Positions 50,755 through 62,563 of a DNA stretch of 64,000 bases are shown piece after piece. The notes below the pieces were generated by a model. It saw nothing but the letters and a program-made list of their open reading frames with translations, searched no databases and was not told where the DNA came from. This stretch comes from an uncultured delta proteobacterium (GTDB taxonomy: Bacteria > Desulfobacterota > Syntrophia > Syntrophales > UBA2185). The first letter of the stretch is position 1; each line of letters opens with the position of its first letter. The translations under genes and the position numbers were made by a program. The DNA lies in NCBI GenBank assembly GCA_963729715.1, contig CAVSPA010000005.1, positions 320,001-384,000 on the forward strand, written 5' to 3'.

Positions 50755-52869
50755 ATGAATACTGGAGTCGATTTGAAAGTGAGTGAAGCCTTTGCTGAGG
50801 ATGTAGGTAAAGGCATCGTACGCCTCAGTCCCGAGGACATCAATTCATTGAAAGCCGTCCTCGGCGATATCATCGAAATTGGCGGCGAGAGGACAACCGT
50901 TGCAAGAATAACGGGTACTTTCCCTGAATCGCAAGGGAAACAACTGATTCAAATCGATGGTAACACGCGTGAGAATGCCGGCGTTCATATAGGTGGACTC
51001 GTAAAGGTTAAGAAAATACCTCGAACAACTGCGGCGACAGTTGTACTGACCCCCGTTGATTTTTCGTATGTGTTGCCGGATGAGGGTGAACTTGAACAGT
51101 TTGCAAAAGTTCTCCAGGGTCTTGCGGTTATAGCCGGCGATAAAATCAATATTCCTTTTCTGGCGGGGAAAGAGCGCTTCTTTCAGATCGAGGCAACTTC
51201 TCCCACAGGCGGAGTGATTATCAATCAGAAAACAAGATTTGTATTGAAGAAACCTGATTTTTCTTTAGATGCAGCCTCGCGTGTTTCCTATGAGAATATC
51301 GGTGGCCTTGAAAATGAGCTCAGACTCGTTCGGGAGATGGTGGAGCTTCCTCTGCGTTATGCCGAGATATTCGAAAAACTTGGTATAGAGGCGCCCAAGG
51401 GTGTTCTTCTCTATGGTCCTCCGGGAACCGGTAAAACACTGATTGCCAGAGCCATCGCGAGTGAAACCAAGCTTCACTTTATGAGGATAAACGGCCCTGA
51501 GATAATCCACAAGTATTATGGCGAGAGCGAGGCGAAGCTCAGGGAAATTTTTGAGGAGGCCTCACTAAAGGCGCCGAGCATCATCTTCATCGACGAAATC
51601 GATGCGATTGCACCCAAGCGTGCAGAGGTGTTAGGTGATGTGGAAAAAAGGGTTGTCGCTCAGCTTCTTGCCCTGATGGACGGCATGGTCTCCCGAGGAC
51701 ATGTAATTGTCATAGGCGCAACTAATATTCCAGAGATTATCGATCCCGCCTTACGCAGGCCGGGTAGATTTGATCGGGAAATTGTGATCCCAGTGCCAAA
51801 CGTCGAAGGTCGTCTCGCGATACTTGGGATTCACAGTCGCAACATGCCATTATCACCTGATGTCAACCTTGATAAACTTGCCAGTATCACTCATGCCTTT
51901 GTGGGAGCTGACCTTGAGGCTCTTTGCAAGGAGGCAGGCATGGTCGCCCTGAGAAGATACCTTTCCGTGAAAGAAGGGAACCACCTCGATACGATACTCA
52001 CAAAACTGGATAACCTCCAAATCACGATGGAGGATTTTCTAACAGCGCTCCGCGAAGTAGAACCCACGGCAACTCGTGAGTTCTTCACTGAAAGATCAAC
52101 GGTAAAATGGCATCACGTTGGGGGATTGAAAAATATCAAGGATCAGCTGATATCGATTATCGAATGGCCGACACGATATCCGGACCTTTTTGCGCTGGGA
52201 AGAGTAACTGCGCCGAAGGGAATTCTTTTCTCCGGGCCTTCCGGCGCGGGTAAAACACTTATGGCAAAGGCCCTGGCAGGAGAAACCGGCCTCAACTTTA
52301 TTTCCATCAGTGCTCCTATTCTCTTCTCAAAATGGCTGGGAGAATCGGAAAAGGCGCTTCACCAGATCTTTAAGAAAGCGAAGCAGTCGGCTCCATGCAT
52401 ACTTTTTTTTGACGAGATAGATGCCTTAGGAATGAGTCGTAATGCGGCGTTAGAAGCAAGCAGTACCGTGGAGCGCGTGTCAACGCAGTTCTTCAACGAA
52501 CTTGACAATTTGAGCGACCATTCCCAGGTTATTGTCCTCGGGGCTTCAAATAGAGAGGAGTTCCTTGATCCGGCTCTCACGCGCGCGGGTCGTCTCGATT
52601 GCATCCTGAGATTCCCGATCCCTGACGAAAAAGACCGGCTGGAAATATTCAAGGTGCACACCGGTGACAGGCCAATCCATACAGATGTTGATATAAATGA
52701 CCTGGTATTATTAACTGACGGTATGGTCGGCTCACAGATTTCTTTTATCTGCCGCAGCGCCGCCATGATGGCTATTAGTGAGCGCATCAACAGCTCTGGG
52801 AGTCCACCGGCAAAGCTTATTATCAGTACCCGTCACTTTCATGATGCCATTAAAAGCCTGGAAAAGTAG
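50755..52869 (+). CDS. Cdc48/VCP-like double AAA+ ATPase
   Basis: CDC48 N-domain ([10 protein letters not shown]), GPPGTGKT and [21 protein letters not shown]. Confidence 0.93.
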   Translation: MNTGVDLKVSEAFAEDVGKGIVRLSPEDINSLKAVLGDIIEIGGERTTVARITGTFPESQGKQLIQIDGNTRENAGVHIGGLVKVKKIPRTTAATVVLTPVDFSYVLPDEGELEQFAKVLQGLAVIAGDKINIPFLAGKERFFQIEATSPTGGVIINQKTRFVLKKPDFSLDAASRVSYENIGGLENELRLVREMVELPLRYAEIFEKLGIEAPKGVLLYGPPGTGKTLIARAIASETKLHFMRINGPEIIHKYYGESEAKLREIFEEASLKAPSIIFIDEIDAIAPKRAEVLGDVEKRVVAQLLALMDGMVSRGHVIVIGATNIPEIIDPALRRPGRFDREIVIPVPNVEGRLAILGIHSRNMPLSPDVNLDKLASITHAFVGADLEALCKEAGMVALRRYLSVKEGNHLDTILTKLDNLQITMEDFLTALREVEPTATREFFTERSTVKWHHVGGLKNIKDQLISIIEWPTRYPDLFALGRVTAPKGILFSGPSGAGKTLMAKALAGETGLNFISISAPILFSKWLGESEKALHQIFKKAKQSAPCILFFDEIDALGMSRNAALEASSTVERVSTQFFNELDNLSDHSQVIVLGASNREEFLDPALTRAGRLDCILRFPIPDEKDRLEIFKVHTGDRPIHTDVDINDLVLLTDGMVGSQISFICRSAAMMAISERINSSGSPPAKLIISTRHFHDAIKSLEK

Positions 52870-52882
52870 GGGGGAGCAAACA

Positions 52883-53623
52883 TTGTTGAAAGAAGTCAGA
52901 AAAAAGCGGGCTTATGAGGATATCGTTTTACAGATTAAAGTGCTCATCGAAAAAGGCAAGCTAAAGCACGGCGACCAGCTACCCAACGAAAAAGAACTGT
53001 CAGAAACTTTTAAAGTATCTCGATTGACCGTACGTGAGGCGATACTTTCCTTGGAGACGATAAACCTTGTTGAGAGGAGGCAGGGTAATGGAACGTATGT
53101 AATGGCTACCAGCGAGGAAGCAATTATAAGACCTTTGGCAACAGCACTCTTTCACGATCGGGACAGCATCATCGATATATTTGCTCTTCGCAAGATTTTA
53201 GAACCGGAGATCGCAAGATTAGCAGCAATAAATGCATCACAAAGAAAAATAGCCCAGTTGGAAGAGATTATAGCAAGACAGGAAGAAGAGATTTCTGAAG
53301 GGCGAATGCCGGTGAAGTTGGACTCCAGCTTCCATTATACCTTAGCCACGATGTCGAAAAATAAAGTGCTTGGTCGTCTCCTTATTGCTCTTATGGGCAT
53401 TCTCCGCAAAACGCGAGAGACATATCTTCAGACGGAAGAAAGGAAGCAGAAATCACTCGCAGGCCATCAGAGCATTCTTGCGGCGATCAAGGAAGGCAAT
53501 GGAACAACTGCCCGGCAGGCAATGATGCAACACATAGAGGAGGTGGAAAACACACTGTTCAAGAAAAAAGATGCTGGTGAACAGAGAGATCGATCTTCAT
53601 TAAAACGCGTATACACACAATAA
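52883..53623 (+). CDS. FadR/GntR-family regulator
   Basis: GDQLPNEKEL..F.VSR.TVREA, RQGNGTYV, DSSFH; TTG start inferred. Confidence 0.9.
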   Translation: MLKEVRKKRAYEDIVLQIKVLIEKGKLKHGDQLPNEKELSETFKVSRLTVREAILSLETINLVERRQGNGTYVMATSEEAIIRPLATALFHDRDSIIDIFALRKILEPEIARLAAINASQRKIAQLEEIIARQEEEISEGRMPVKLDSSFHYTLATMSKNKVLGRLLIALMGILRKTRETYLQTEERKQKSLAGHQSILAAIKEGNGTTARQAMMQHIEEVENTLFKKKDAGEQRDRSSLKRVYTQ

Positions 53624-53683
53624 TATTGTGGTCTTACGTGTCAGTCTATGGCTGACCAATTTCATTTGAAGGAGGTAGTGTTT

Positions 53684-54322
53684 ATGGCGAAAGTAACTGA
53701 GATAACTGTATGGACGAGGGGCGTGGTAATGGACAAGGAAGCGCGCGACATTGCCAATGCCTTCGCTCAGGCAGCCAAAATGGACGGCAAATTCGTTCAG
53801 GCTTTTGACAATTACGAAGATTTGCCGGACCGCGTTCTTGTAACCACGAGGAAGTACGTGCGAGTCAGTGATGAAGATATTGAGATGAAATATCTCTATA
53901 CCAACAGCCATCCTGACATCGTGGTCGTTGTTGAACCAACCATTGTAAAAGGGATTAATGTTTTGAGGGGGATGCCCGAAGGAGGTCTGCTCATCATTAA
54001 CACGGCCCGGCCCATCAATTACATGCTCCAATTCATTCCCAATGCCGACATACTTGGCGCTGTTGCCACTGTCGATGCTGACGGCATTTCGGGAATAAGA
54101 ACCGTGGACTTCTCGGGATCAGAGGGCGGTGTCGATGCGTCCGGAATCGGGGCCGGTATTGCTGCTCCTATTCTGGGAGCGATGGCAAGAGTAACCAAAA
54201 TGGCGAAAAAAGAAAACCTCGCAAAGATCGTCAGCGATGTGGCAGCAATGGAACGTGGCTTCAAGGAGGTAAATCTGGAAAAATTCAGAAAATCCCGTGT
54301 CGAATATTCATGGGGAAGTTAA
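53684..54322 (+). CDS. Oxalate oxidoreductase-like gamma-domain subunit (N-terminal part of OorD)
   Basis: ITVWTRGVVMDKEARD, NYEDLPDR, SGSEGGVDASGIGAGIAAP resemble Moorella OorD. Confidence 0.82.
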   Translation: MAKVTEITVWTRGVVMDKEARDIANAFAQAAKMDGKFVQAFDNYEDLPDRVLVTTRKYVRVSDEDIEMKYLYTNSHPDIVVVVEPTIVKGINVLRGMPEGGLLIINTARPINYMLQFIPNADILGAVATVDADGISGIRTVDFSGSEGGVDASGIGAGIAAPILGAMARVTKMAKKENLAKIVSDVAAMERGFKEVNLEKFRKSRVEYSWGS

Positions 54323-54369
54323 TACATGGTTAGTTCATTATCATTAAAACTTAGAGGAAGGAGAAAAAT

Positions 54370-54699
54370 ATGGCTATAAAGATACCTAAAGACAGAGAAG
54401 TACCTTTCGGAGCAATCACTCCGGCGCCGATCAAACAGCAGGAACTCTTTATGACATCGAACTGGAGGATTGTCAGACCGGTTATCGACCACGAAAAGTG
54501 TACGAGGTGTTTTACCTGTTATGGCGCATGCCCGGATTCATGCTGGTCATACAATGAAAAAGAGGATCAAATGGAATGGAACTGGAAGTTCTGTAAAGGC
54601 TGCCAGATCTGTATCTATGAGTGCCCGGCAGATGCTATAGCTTCTGTCCCGGAACTTGATTTTGAAGACGGGGTACAGCGTTTAGAAAAACCCTTTTAA
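54370..54699 (+). CDS. 2x[4Fe-4S] delta subunit (C-terminal part of OorD)
   Basis: NWRIVRPVID, CTRCFTCYGACP, CKGCQICIYECP, VPELDF. Confidence 0.88.
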   Translation: MAIKIPKDREVPFGAITPAPIKQQELFMTSNWRIVRPVIDHEKCTRCFTCYGACPDSCWSYNEKEDQMEWNWKFCKGCQICIYECPADAIASVPELDFEDGVQRLEKPF

Positions 54700-54718
54700 G
54701 TAAGAAGGAGGAAACAAT

Positions 54719-56928
<2,210 letters not shown>

Positions 56929-57220
56929 GCTGCGACGAGAGATGAGAGTCCTTCTTGCGTTGCGTGATTAGTTGAGAGCACCCTGCCGATTCCGGCAGGG
57001 CGCTCTCAATCTCTCTAAAACTTAGATGCTTTAAACATTTCATTAGTAGGGCTGAGTATCACTAATGAAACTGCATCTCGTAAAGACGCAGATACCGCAA
57101 TGGTGGTTGGAAAAGATATGGCACCACATTTAGGCGGTATCATGGATCCAAGTATGAAACATCTCCTCACCAACATCGGGTGAGGGAAAACCTTCTGCCA
57201 AATTGATTACGGAGGTAAAT

Positions 57221-58480
57221 ATGGGAAACGGAGACGCTGCAAAGACAGGTTTCATGAATAATCCCTGGATAATGTTAACAGCCGGTGTTCTCGGTATGGC
57301 AATGATATCCAGCCTTCAGTATGCCTGGGCTCTTTTTGTTCCTGATATTCTTAAGTCTAATCCAACATTTTCAAAGGTGGAGATTCAGGCGGCCTTTGCG
57401 ACATTTGTAGCATGTATGACCTTTGCGGGCCCTCTGACCGGCTACCTGATGGATAAGTTCGGCACAAAAATTTTCTTCTCCCTTGCGGCAATACTGGTAG
57501 CGGTTGGATGGGGTAGCATTGGCGCGCACGATAAGGTGTTGCCAATGTGCATATCTTACGGATGTGCCGGCATCGGCGCAAGTTTTATATATACGGGTGG
57601 CATAGCCGCATCCTTGAAGTGGTTCCCAAAGAAGAGGGGCACGGCTTCCGGTATCATGGCTTGTGGCTTCGGTTCCGGAGCAGCACTTTTCGGATGGCTC
57701 ATAATCAAACTTGTTTCAAATTACGGCTACAAAACCGCCTTCCTTTATACCGGCATTGGGTTTGCGGTGGTATTGCTTCTGGTTGCGCAGGTACTCAGAT
57801 TCCCCCAAGGCACCGCCGATACCGCAGAGGCGGCTGTTTCCGACAAGCCGAAAGAAGCTGAAGGCAAGGGTTACAGCCCCGTAAAGATGTTCAAGACGGG
57901 GCAGTTCTATCTGATTTATGGTATGTTCGTGCTTATGGCCATCGGATATATGTTTCTTACGCCGAACATCAAGCTGATGGCCAATGACTACAAGATACCG
58001 GCGGCAATATTTACTATTACCTTTACGGCATTGGCTGCAGCAAACGGGCTTGGGAGAATCGTCTGGGGCATAATTTCAGATAAGATTGGCAGAGAAAATG
58101 CTATGTTCATTGATTTTGTCGCGTGCGGTCTGCTGTATATTCTTCTGCCGTTTGTAGCAGATAATCCGTATGCGTTCATGATCGTAGTAACGGTGGCATT
58201 TTTCTGCACCGGGCCAATGTTTGCTTTTTTCCCACCCATTACTGCCGATCGTTATGGCGAAAAATATTTGTCCACAAATTATGGCATAATGTATACGGCA
58301 AAGGGCGTTGGCGGTATGATAGGACCAACCTTTATTACTGCGCTTGCACTATACTATGCCAAGTCGCATGGTTTTGAAATTGGGTGGATCGTAGGATGTT
58401 CGGTCATTGGAGCAACGGCCATCGCTTCGGGGATTGGCGCGCTCATTCTAAAAAAGATAGCTAAACCGGTAGGGGCTTAG
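57221..58480 (+). CDS. OFA-family MFS transporter (oxalate:formate antiporter OxlT-like)
   Basis: About 12 TMs; LQYAW, KWFPKKRG, NGLGRIVWG, YTAKG. Confidence 0.85.
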   Translation: MGNGDAAKTGFMNNPWIMLTAGVLGMAMISSLQYAWALFVPDILKSNPTFSKVEIQAAFATFVACMTFAGPLTGYLMDKFGTKIFFSLAAILVAVGWGSIGAHDKVLPMCISYGCAGIGASFIYTGGIAASLKWFPKKRGTASGIMACGFGSGAALFGWLIIKLVSNYGYKTAFLYTGIGFAVVLLLVAQVLRFPQGTADTAEAAVSDKPKEAEGKGYSPVKMFKTGQFYLIYGMFVLMAIGYMFLTPNIKLMANDYKIPAAIFTITFTALAAANGLGRIVWGIISDKIGRENAMFIDFVACGLLYILLPFVADNPYAFMIVVTVAFFCTGPMFAFFPPITADRYGEKYLSTNYGIMYTAKGVGGMIGPTFITALALYYAKSHGFEIGWIVGCSVIGATAIASGIGALILKKIAKPVGA

Positions 58481-58696
58481 CCGTTGTGTCCTGCCGCAAC
58501 ACCGGCAGAGGCAGCAGCCAGGACGTCATAATCGATTGGCTGACTGAAGAAATGGCCTTGAGAGAGTTTCAAACGGGGTGCGTATGCAGGCTGCGAAGAT
58601 ACCTTGTTGCGAGTGAACGTTTCACGGAAGGGCGGCTGGTGGAAAAATGATTTCTGCTCGCCGCCCTTACTATTTTGAGAACAGAGGTAAGGCAAT

Positions 58697-59638
58697 ATGG
58701 AGGTTCTGATTGTTGGTGGCGCCGACGATGTAGGAAGATACCTGGCGAAGGTACTTCCCACAAAGGGGCACAAACTGACAATCCTCGACCAGGCTCCGCG
58801 CCCTCTATGGTTTAATGAAAATCTGCCCCTTAACTATCTTCAGGGAAATATTTCAGATGCAACAATAACCAAAGACGCTGTCCGTGGAAAGGATCTGGTC
58901 ATCCACCTTGCATGGAGTTTTGCCGATGACCCGCACACTATTTTTGATATAGACATCAAAGGTCACACCCATCTCCTAGATGCAGCTTCATCTTCAGGAG
59001 TTAAGGGTTTTATCTATACAAGCACGGCAACCGTATATGGCCATGCAGTTGTGCACCCCGTGACAGAGGTTCATCAGTGTCTTATTGGAGAAGCAAGGAA
59101 GCCTTTATACGCGCTTGGCAAGTTAACGGCGGAAGAGCTGTGCAAGTACTACCATAAGACCCGCGGGCTTCATGTCACAATCTTCCGTTTCTGGTGGGCT
59201 TTCGGCGATAGCATCGGCGGGAGTCACTTGAGGGATTTAATCAGGAAGGCTATAAACAATCAGCCCCTTGAATTGGTTCGCGGTGCGGGTGGGGTATTTA
59301 TTACCATGGCTGATCTCGAAAGCGCCATCATGCTTGCGGCGTCAAGACCTAATGCTTCAGGTCAGATTTACAATTTGGGAAGCTTTTTTCTCACATGGGA
59401 AGAAATTGTGAAGATTATTGTGCATCTCACCAACTCCAATTCGCCCATCTAGTTTATCTCTTCTGAAGAGTGGCCGGGACCTGCATTCTTAAGCGAGGTA
59501 TGGGATTTGGATTGGAGTAAGGCAACAAACGAATTGGGTTTTAGGCCGGCCGCATCTGTAGAAATGACGCTCTCCTTGTTCACTGAAGCCATGAAAAATT
59601 GTATTACCAATGTACAAAAAGATGCCATCCAAAAATAA
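58697..59638 (+). pseudogene. NAD-dependent epimerase/dehydratase interrupted by an in-frame TAG (59450-59452)
   Basis: VIHLA, YTSTATVYG, YALGK; frame continues past the TAG with DWSKATNELGFRP to TAA at 59636-59638. Confidence 0.75.
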
Positions 59639-59727
59639 ATGTCTTACCTCTTATTCTAATTGCTCATAATCATCAAGTATATCGACCTGTTGCTCTGTAT
59701 GAGAACGAAGACTTCTGAGAGTATCAA

Positions 59728-60834
59728 CTATCCGTGATGTTCGGATTTTTCAGAATGAATCATCCAGCATTGAGGATCATCTGCAAAGAGATCGGGGGCG
59801 CCTCGGGATTTCGAATAAGCGTAGGCCACAGCCCGGCAACCCCGGCAGGAAGGCCAGAGAGGGCATTCCCCGCATTCCCCCTTGTAACTTTCTCTTTGCC
59901 TGAGACGCCAGAGGACTTTGGAGGTGGACCATATCTGCCGCAGGGAGGTCTTGCTGAGGTTGCCTATCTTGAGCCCGATACGGCGGCAGGGCATGACAGA
60001 CCCATCACTGGTAATGGTCACTCCTGAGAAACCGGCGCTGCAGCCGGAGAGAGCCAACTTGCTTTCCGGTGAAGGTTTGAATCCCGAAAGGACGCCTGCC
60101 AACGGATCCCCGGAGGCGACTTGGAACGATGGCCTGTCCAAAGCGAGCGCTTTTTCATAAGCCGTCTTGATCTCCTTAGCTGTAAGGATACTGTCCAATA
60201 GGTTTTCAGCGCTTCCGCAGGGAACCAGGCGGGAAAAGCCGATTCCGGAGAAGCCAGCAACTTCTGCTATTTTTGCCGTTTCTTCAACGCTCCCGATGTT
60301 GAGGCGGGAAAGAGTCATATTTGCGCTCACGCCATTTCCCGCATCGACGAGAAGGCGGGCGCCCTTAACAGCAGCGGCAAAACTTCCGGCGCCTCTGATG
60401 CTATCGTGTATTTCGGGAGGACCTTCAAGGCTGATCTGGATATCCGCTATGCCAAGTGCCGACGCCTTTCGGGAAGCGTCCTCGGTAATAAGGCAGCCGT
60501 TCGTCAAAATAGCGACCTTGTACCCGCTCTTTCTGGCATGGGTGATTGCGTCCCACAGCCCCTTATAGAGGAACGGCTCGCCCCCCGTAAAATTAATCGA
60601 CGGGGACAGAGATATATCGTACTCCTTCTCCCAGGCCTCCAACATCTCTGTGGCCCCGTCGATGTGCTGCTTCAATTCATCAACGGACATCTCGCGAGGT
60701 CTTCTCCGCTGCTGATAACAATGCCGGCATTGGAGATTGCAACGCTCGGTCAGATGCCACTGGATAAAAAAATCAAACGTCTTTGTTGCCGGACCGGCAA
60801 CTATTTGCCTTTTCACTTCTTTCAACTGTAGCAT
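59728..60834 (-). CDS. Radical SAM/SPASM-domain protein, putative peptide maturase
   Basis: QWHLTERCNLQCRHCY, FTGGEP, SPASM CSAG..DG.VMPC..CGECPLWPSCRGCRA..DPQCW; start uncertain (ATG 60834, TTG 60825 or GTG 60816). Confidence 0.92.
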   Translation of the reverse strand: MLQLKEVKRQIVAGPATKTFDFFIQWHLTERCNLQCRHCYQQRRRPREMSVDELKQHIDGATEMLEAWEKEYDISLSPSINFTGGEPFLYKGLWDAITHARKSGYKVAILTNGCLITEDASRKASALGIADIQISLEGPPEIHDSIRGAGSFAAAVKGARLLVDAGNGVSANMTLSRLNIGSVEETAKIAEVAGFSGIGFSRLVPCGSAENLLDSILTAKEIKTAYEKALALDRPSFQVASGDPLAGVLSGFKPSPESKLALSGCSAGFSGVTITSDGSVMPCRRIGLKIGNLSKTSLRQIWSTSKVLWRLRQRESYKGECGECPLWPSCRGCRAVAYAYSKSRGAPDLFADDPQCWMIHSEKSEHHG

Positions 60835-60929
60835 AACTTACCAGACTCCGCAGACCTCATGTACAACCAGAACTTCTCTTCTTCGCGCTTGGCTCGTTTG
60901 CTCAGTTCGTTCCTTTTTAGGGTCCTCAT
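60822..60929 (-). CDS. Short peptide upstream of the rSAM/SPASM gene, candidate RiPP precursor
   Basis: SD AGGAGGTGA then ATG: MRTLKRNELSKRAKREEEKFWLYMRSAESGKLCYS-TGA; an alternative GTG frame 60939-60838 ends ...EVCGVW. Confidence 0.55.
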   Translation of the reverse strand: MRTLKRNELSKRAKREEEKFWLYMRSAESGKLCYS

Positions 60930-61096
60930 CCTTTTTCACCTCCTTTCCTATTGTTCTTAAGCCTGGGGATATAAACTCCTAAGATGATCACGCCGATCAT
61001 CAGTAGGATCATCTTTTGCTGCTGTTGCGAGAACCGAGCCTAAATAATGCTAATCGTTCACTAAGAAAGAGCGTTTCTATTCTATAAGGTAATGCC

Positions 61097-61762
61097 TCAT
61101 TTATCTTCGCCAAATGCCTTAGCCCTTTTCACGATGACCCGCGCCGGAGCGCCATCAGAATCGAGAATCATCATGGGAAGGCATATCATGTTGTAAAGAC
61201 CGGGTGGAGCATTGGTGAGATCAAGCCCCTCAATAACGAGAATCCCTGCGCCGAGCAAAGTTCTGTGAACATCCGGGCCATTTTTCTTATAGCCGCCGAC
61301 AGAGAGATAATCTACGCCCAGAGTCTTGATGCCGCGGGTGACGAGGAATTCCGCCGCATCTTTCTCCATGTAGACAAAGTCTTCGATAAAGTTATCTTTA
61401 TGTAGTAATTGGTTTGTCGAGTTTAGTGTCCTCAAAAGGATCCTCTCGCCTTTCCTAATTCTGTGTCCGGCAAGTTCCTTTTCTTTGATGGTATCGGCAT
61501 CTTCAATCTCGATGATCCTCGCAAGGCCAATCAGCGAATCAAACAAAAGCCGGTCAACTCCCTTTGCGCCTTTGATAAAATGTGCCGGGGCGTCGACATG
61601 AGTGCCGGAATGAGCGCCCATCGTTATCTTCGAGAGATTGATGGTATCGCCTTTATCCATATCGCGCACGCGCTCAATGGAAAAAGGAGGGTCAGTGGGC
61701 CAGTGCACCATGTTTGATTTCAAGGTAAGAGAGACATCGATCCATTTATCACCTTTCATCAT
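61097..61762 (-). CDS. Cyclase family protein (kynurenine formamidase-like)
   Basis: HSGTHVDAPAHF, GVDYLSV, IEGL, DGAPAR. Confidence 0.9.
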   Translation of the reverse strand: MMKGDKWIDVSLTLKSNMVHWPTDPPFSIERVRDMDKGDTINLSKITMGAHSGTHVDAPAHFIKGAKGVDRLLFDSLIGLARIIEIEDADTIKEKELAGHRIRKGERILLRTLNSTNQLLHKDNFIEDFVYMEKDAAEFLVTRGIKTLGVDYLSVGGYKKNGPDVHRTLLGAGILVIEGLDLTNAPPGLYNMICLPMMILDSDGAPARVIVKRAKAFGEDK

Positions 61763-61793
61763 ACGATTAATTCTCCTTATCCGCTTTGTCCGA

Positions 61794-62540
61794 TCAGTCG
61801 CGCTCGAGATGGCGCACGCCGCCTTTTCCGGCGACAATTACATTCGTGGCGATACGTATAAAGAGCCCGTGTTCTACGATCCCTGCGCGCGCCTTCAAAT
61901 CGGCAGCCAGTTCGGCGGGGTCTCTTATCGGACCAAAATTGGCGTCGAGAATGACATTACCATGGTCGGTTCTAAAAAGCTTTTCGTCGCTATTTCTTCT
62001 TGGCTTCACGTTAGCACCAAGTTTCTCGAGGAAAAAAATGTGGGACTGCCATCCGAAGGGGATCACTTCAATGGGGACAGCGCACCGCGTGCCTAAGACG
62101 TCCGACATCTTTGATTCATCCACAATGATGATCTCACATAGGCTTGCCTGGGCGACGATCTTTTCGCTCAGAAGGGCGCCGCCGCCGCCTTTTATGAGGT
62201 TAAGATGTTCGTCCACTTCATCCGCTCCGTCGATGGTAAGATCGATGACAGAATTTCTGTTCAAGGTAGTGAGCGGAATTCCCAGTGTCCGTGCATCTTC
62301 GAATACTTTCCGGGAACAGGGCACGCCGCGTATGTTCTGCAGAGATCCTGAACGGATCAGCTCCGCAATTCTTCTTACGGCATAGAGGGCCGTACTTCCA
62401 TGACCCAAGCCCACGATCATGCCCGATTGCACAAACTCGACGGCGCGCAGCGCCGCCTGCTCTTTCATCTTTGCAGCATTAGTTCCCACTCCTCGCGCTC
62501 TTCCTTCCTTTTCGATGCTGCGTCCATTCTTCTTCTCCAT
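61794..62540 (-). CDS. rpiA: Ribose-5-phosphate isomerase A
   Basis: GLGHGST, DGADEVD, KGGGGAL, TDHGN, VEHGLF. Confidence 0.96.
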   Translation of the reverse strand: MEKKNGRSIEKEGRARGVGTNAAKMKEQAALRAVEFVQSGMIVGLGHGSTALYAVRRIAELIRSGSLQNIRGVPCSRKVFEDARTLGIPLTTLNRNSVIDLTIDGADEVDEHLNLIKGGGGALLSEKIVAQASLCEIIIVDESKMSDVLGTRCAVPIEVIPFGWQSHIFFLEKLGANVKPRRNSDEKLFRTDHGNVILDANFGPIRDPAELAADLKARAGIVEHGLFIRIATNVIVAGKGGVRHLERD

Positions 62541-62563
62541 TATTTCAATTATGACACAGTTTG

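Noticed and set aside
60926..61012. Small hydrophobic ORF MILLMIGVIILGVYIPRLKNNRKGGEKG overlapping the peptide ATG
   Set aside because: No SD; may be the 3' remnant of a lost membrane gene, too little evidence to call
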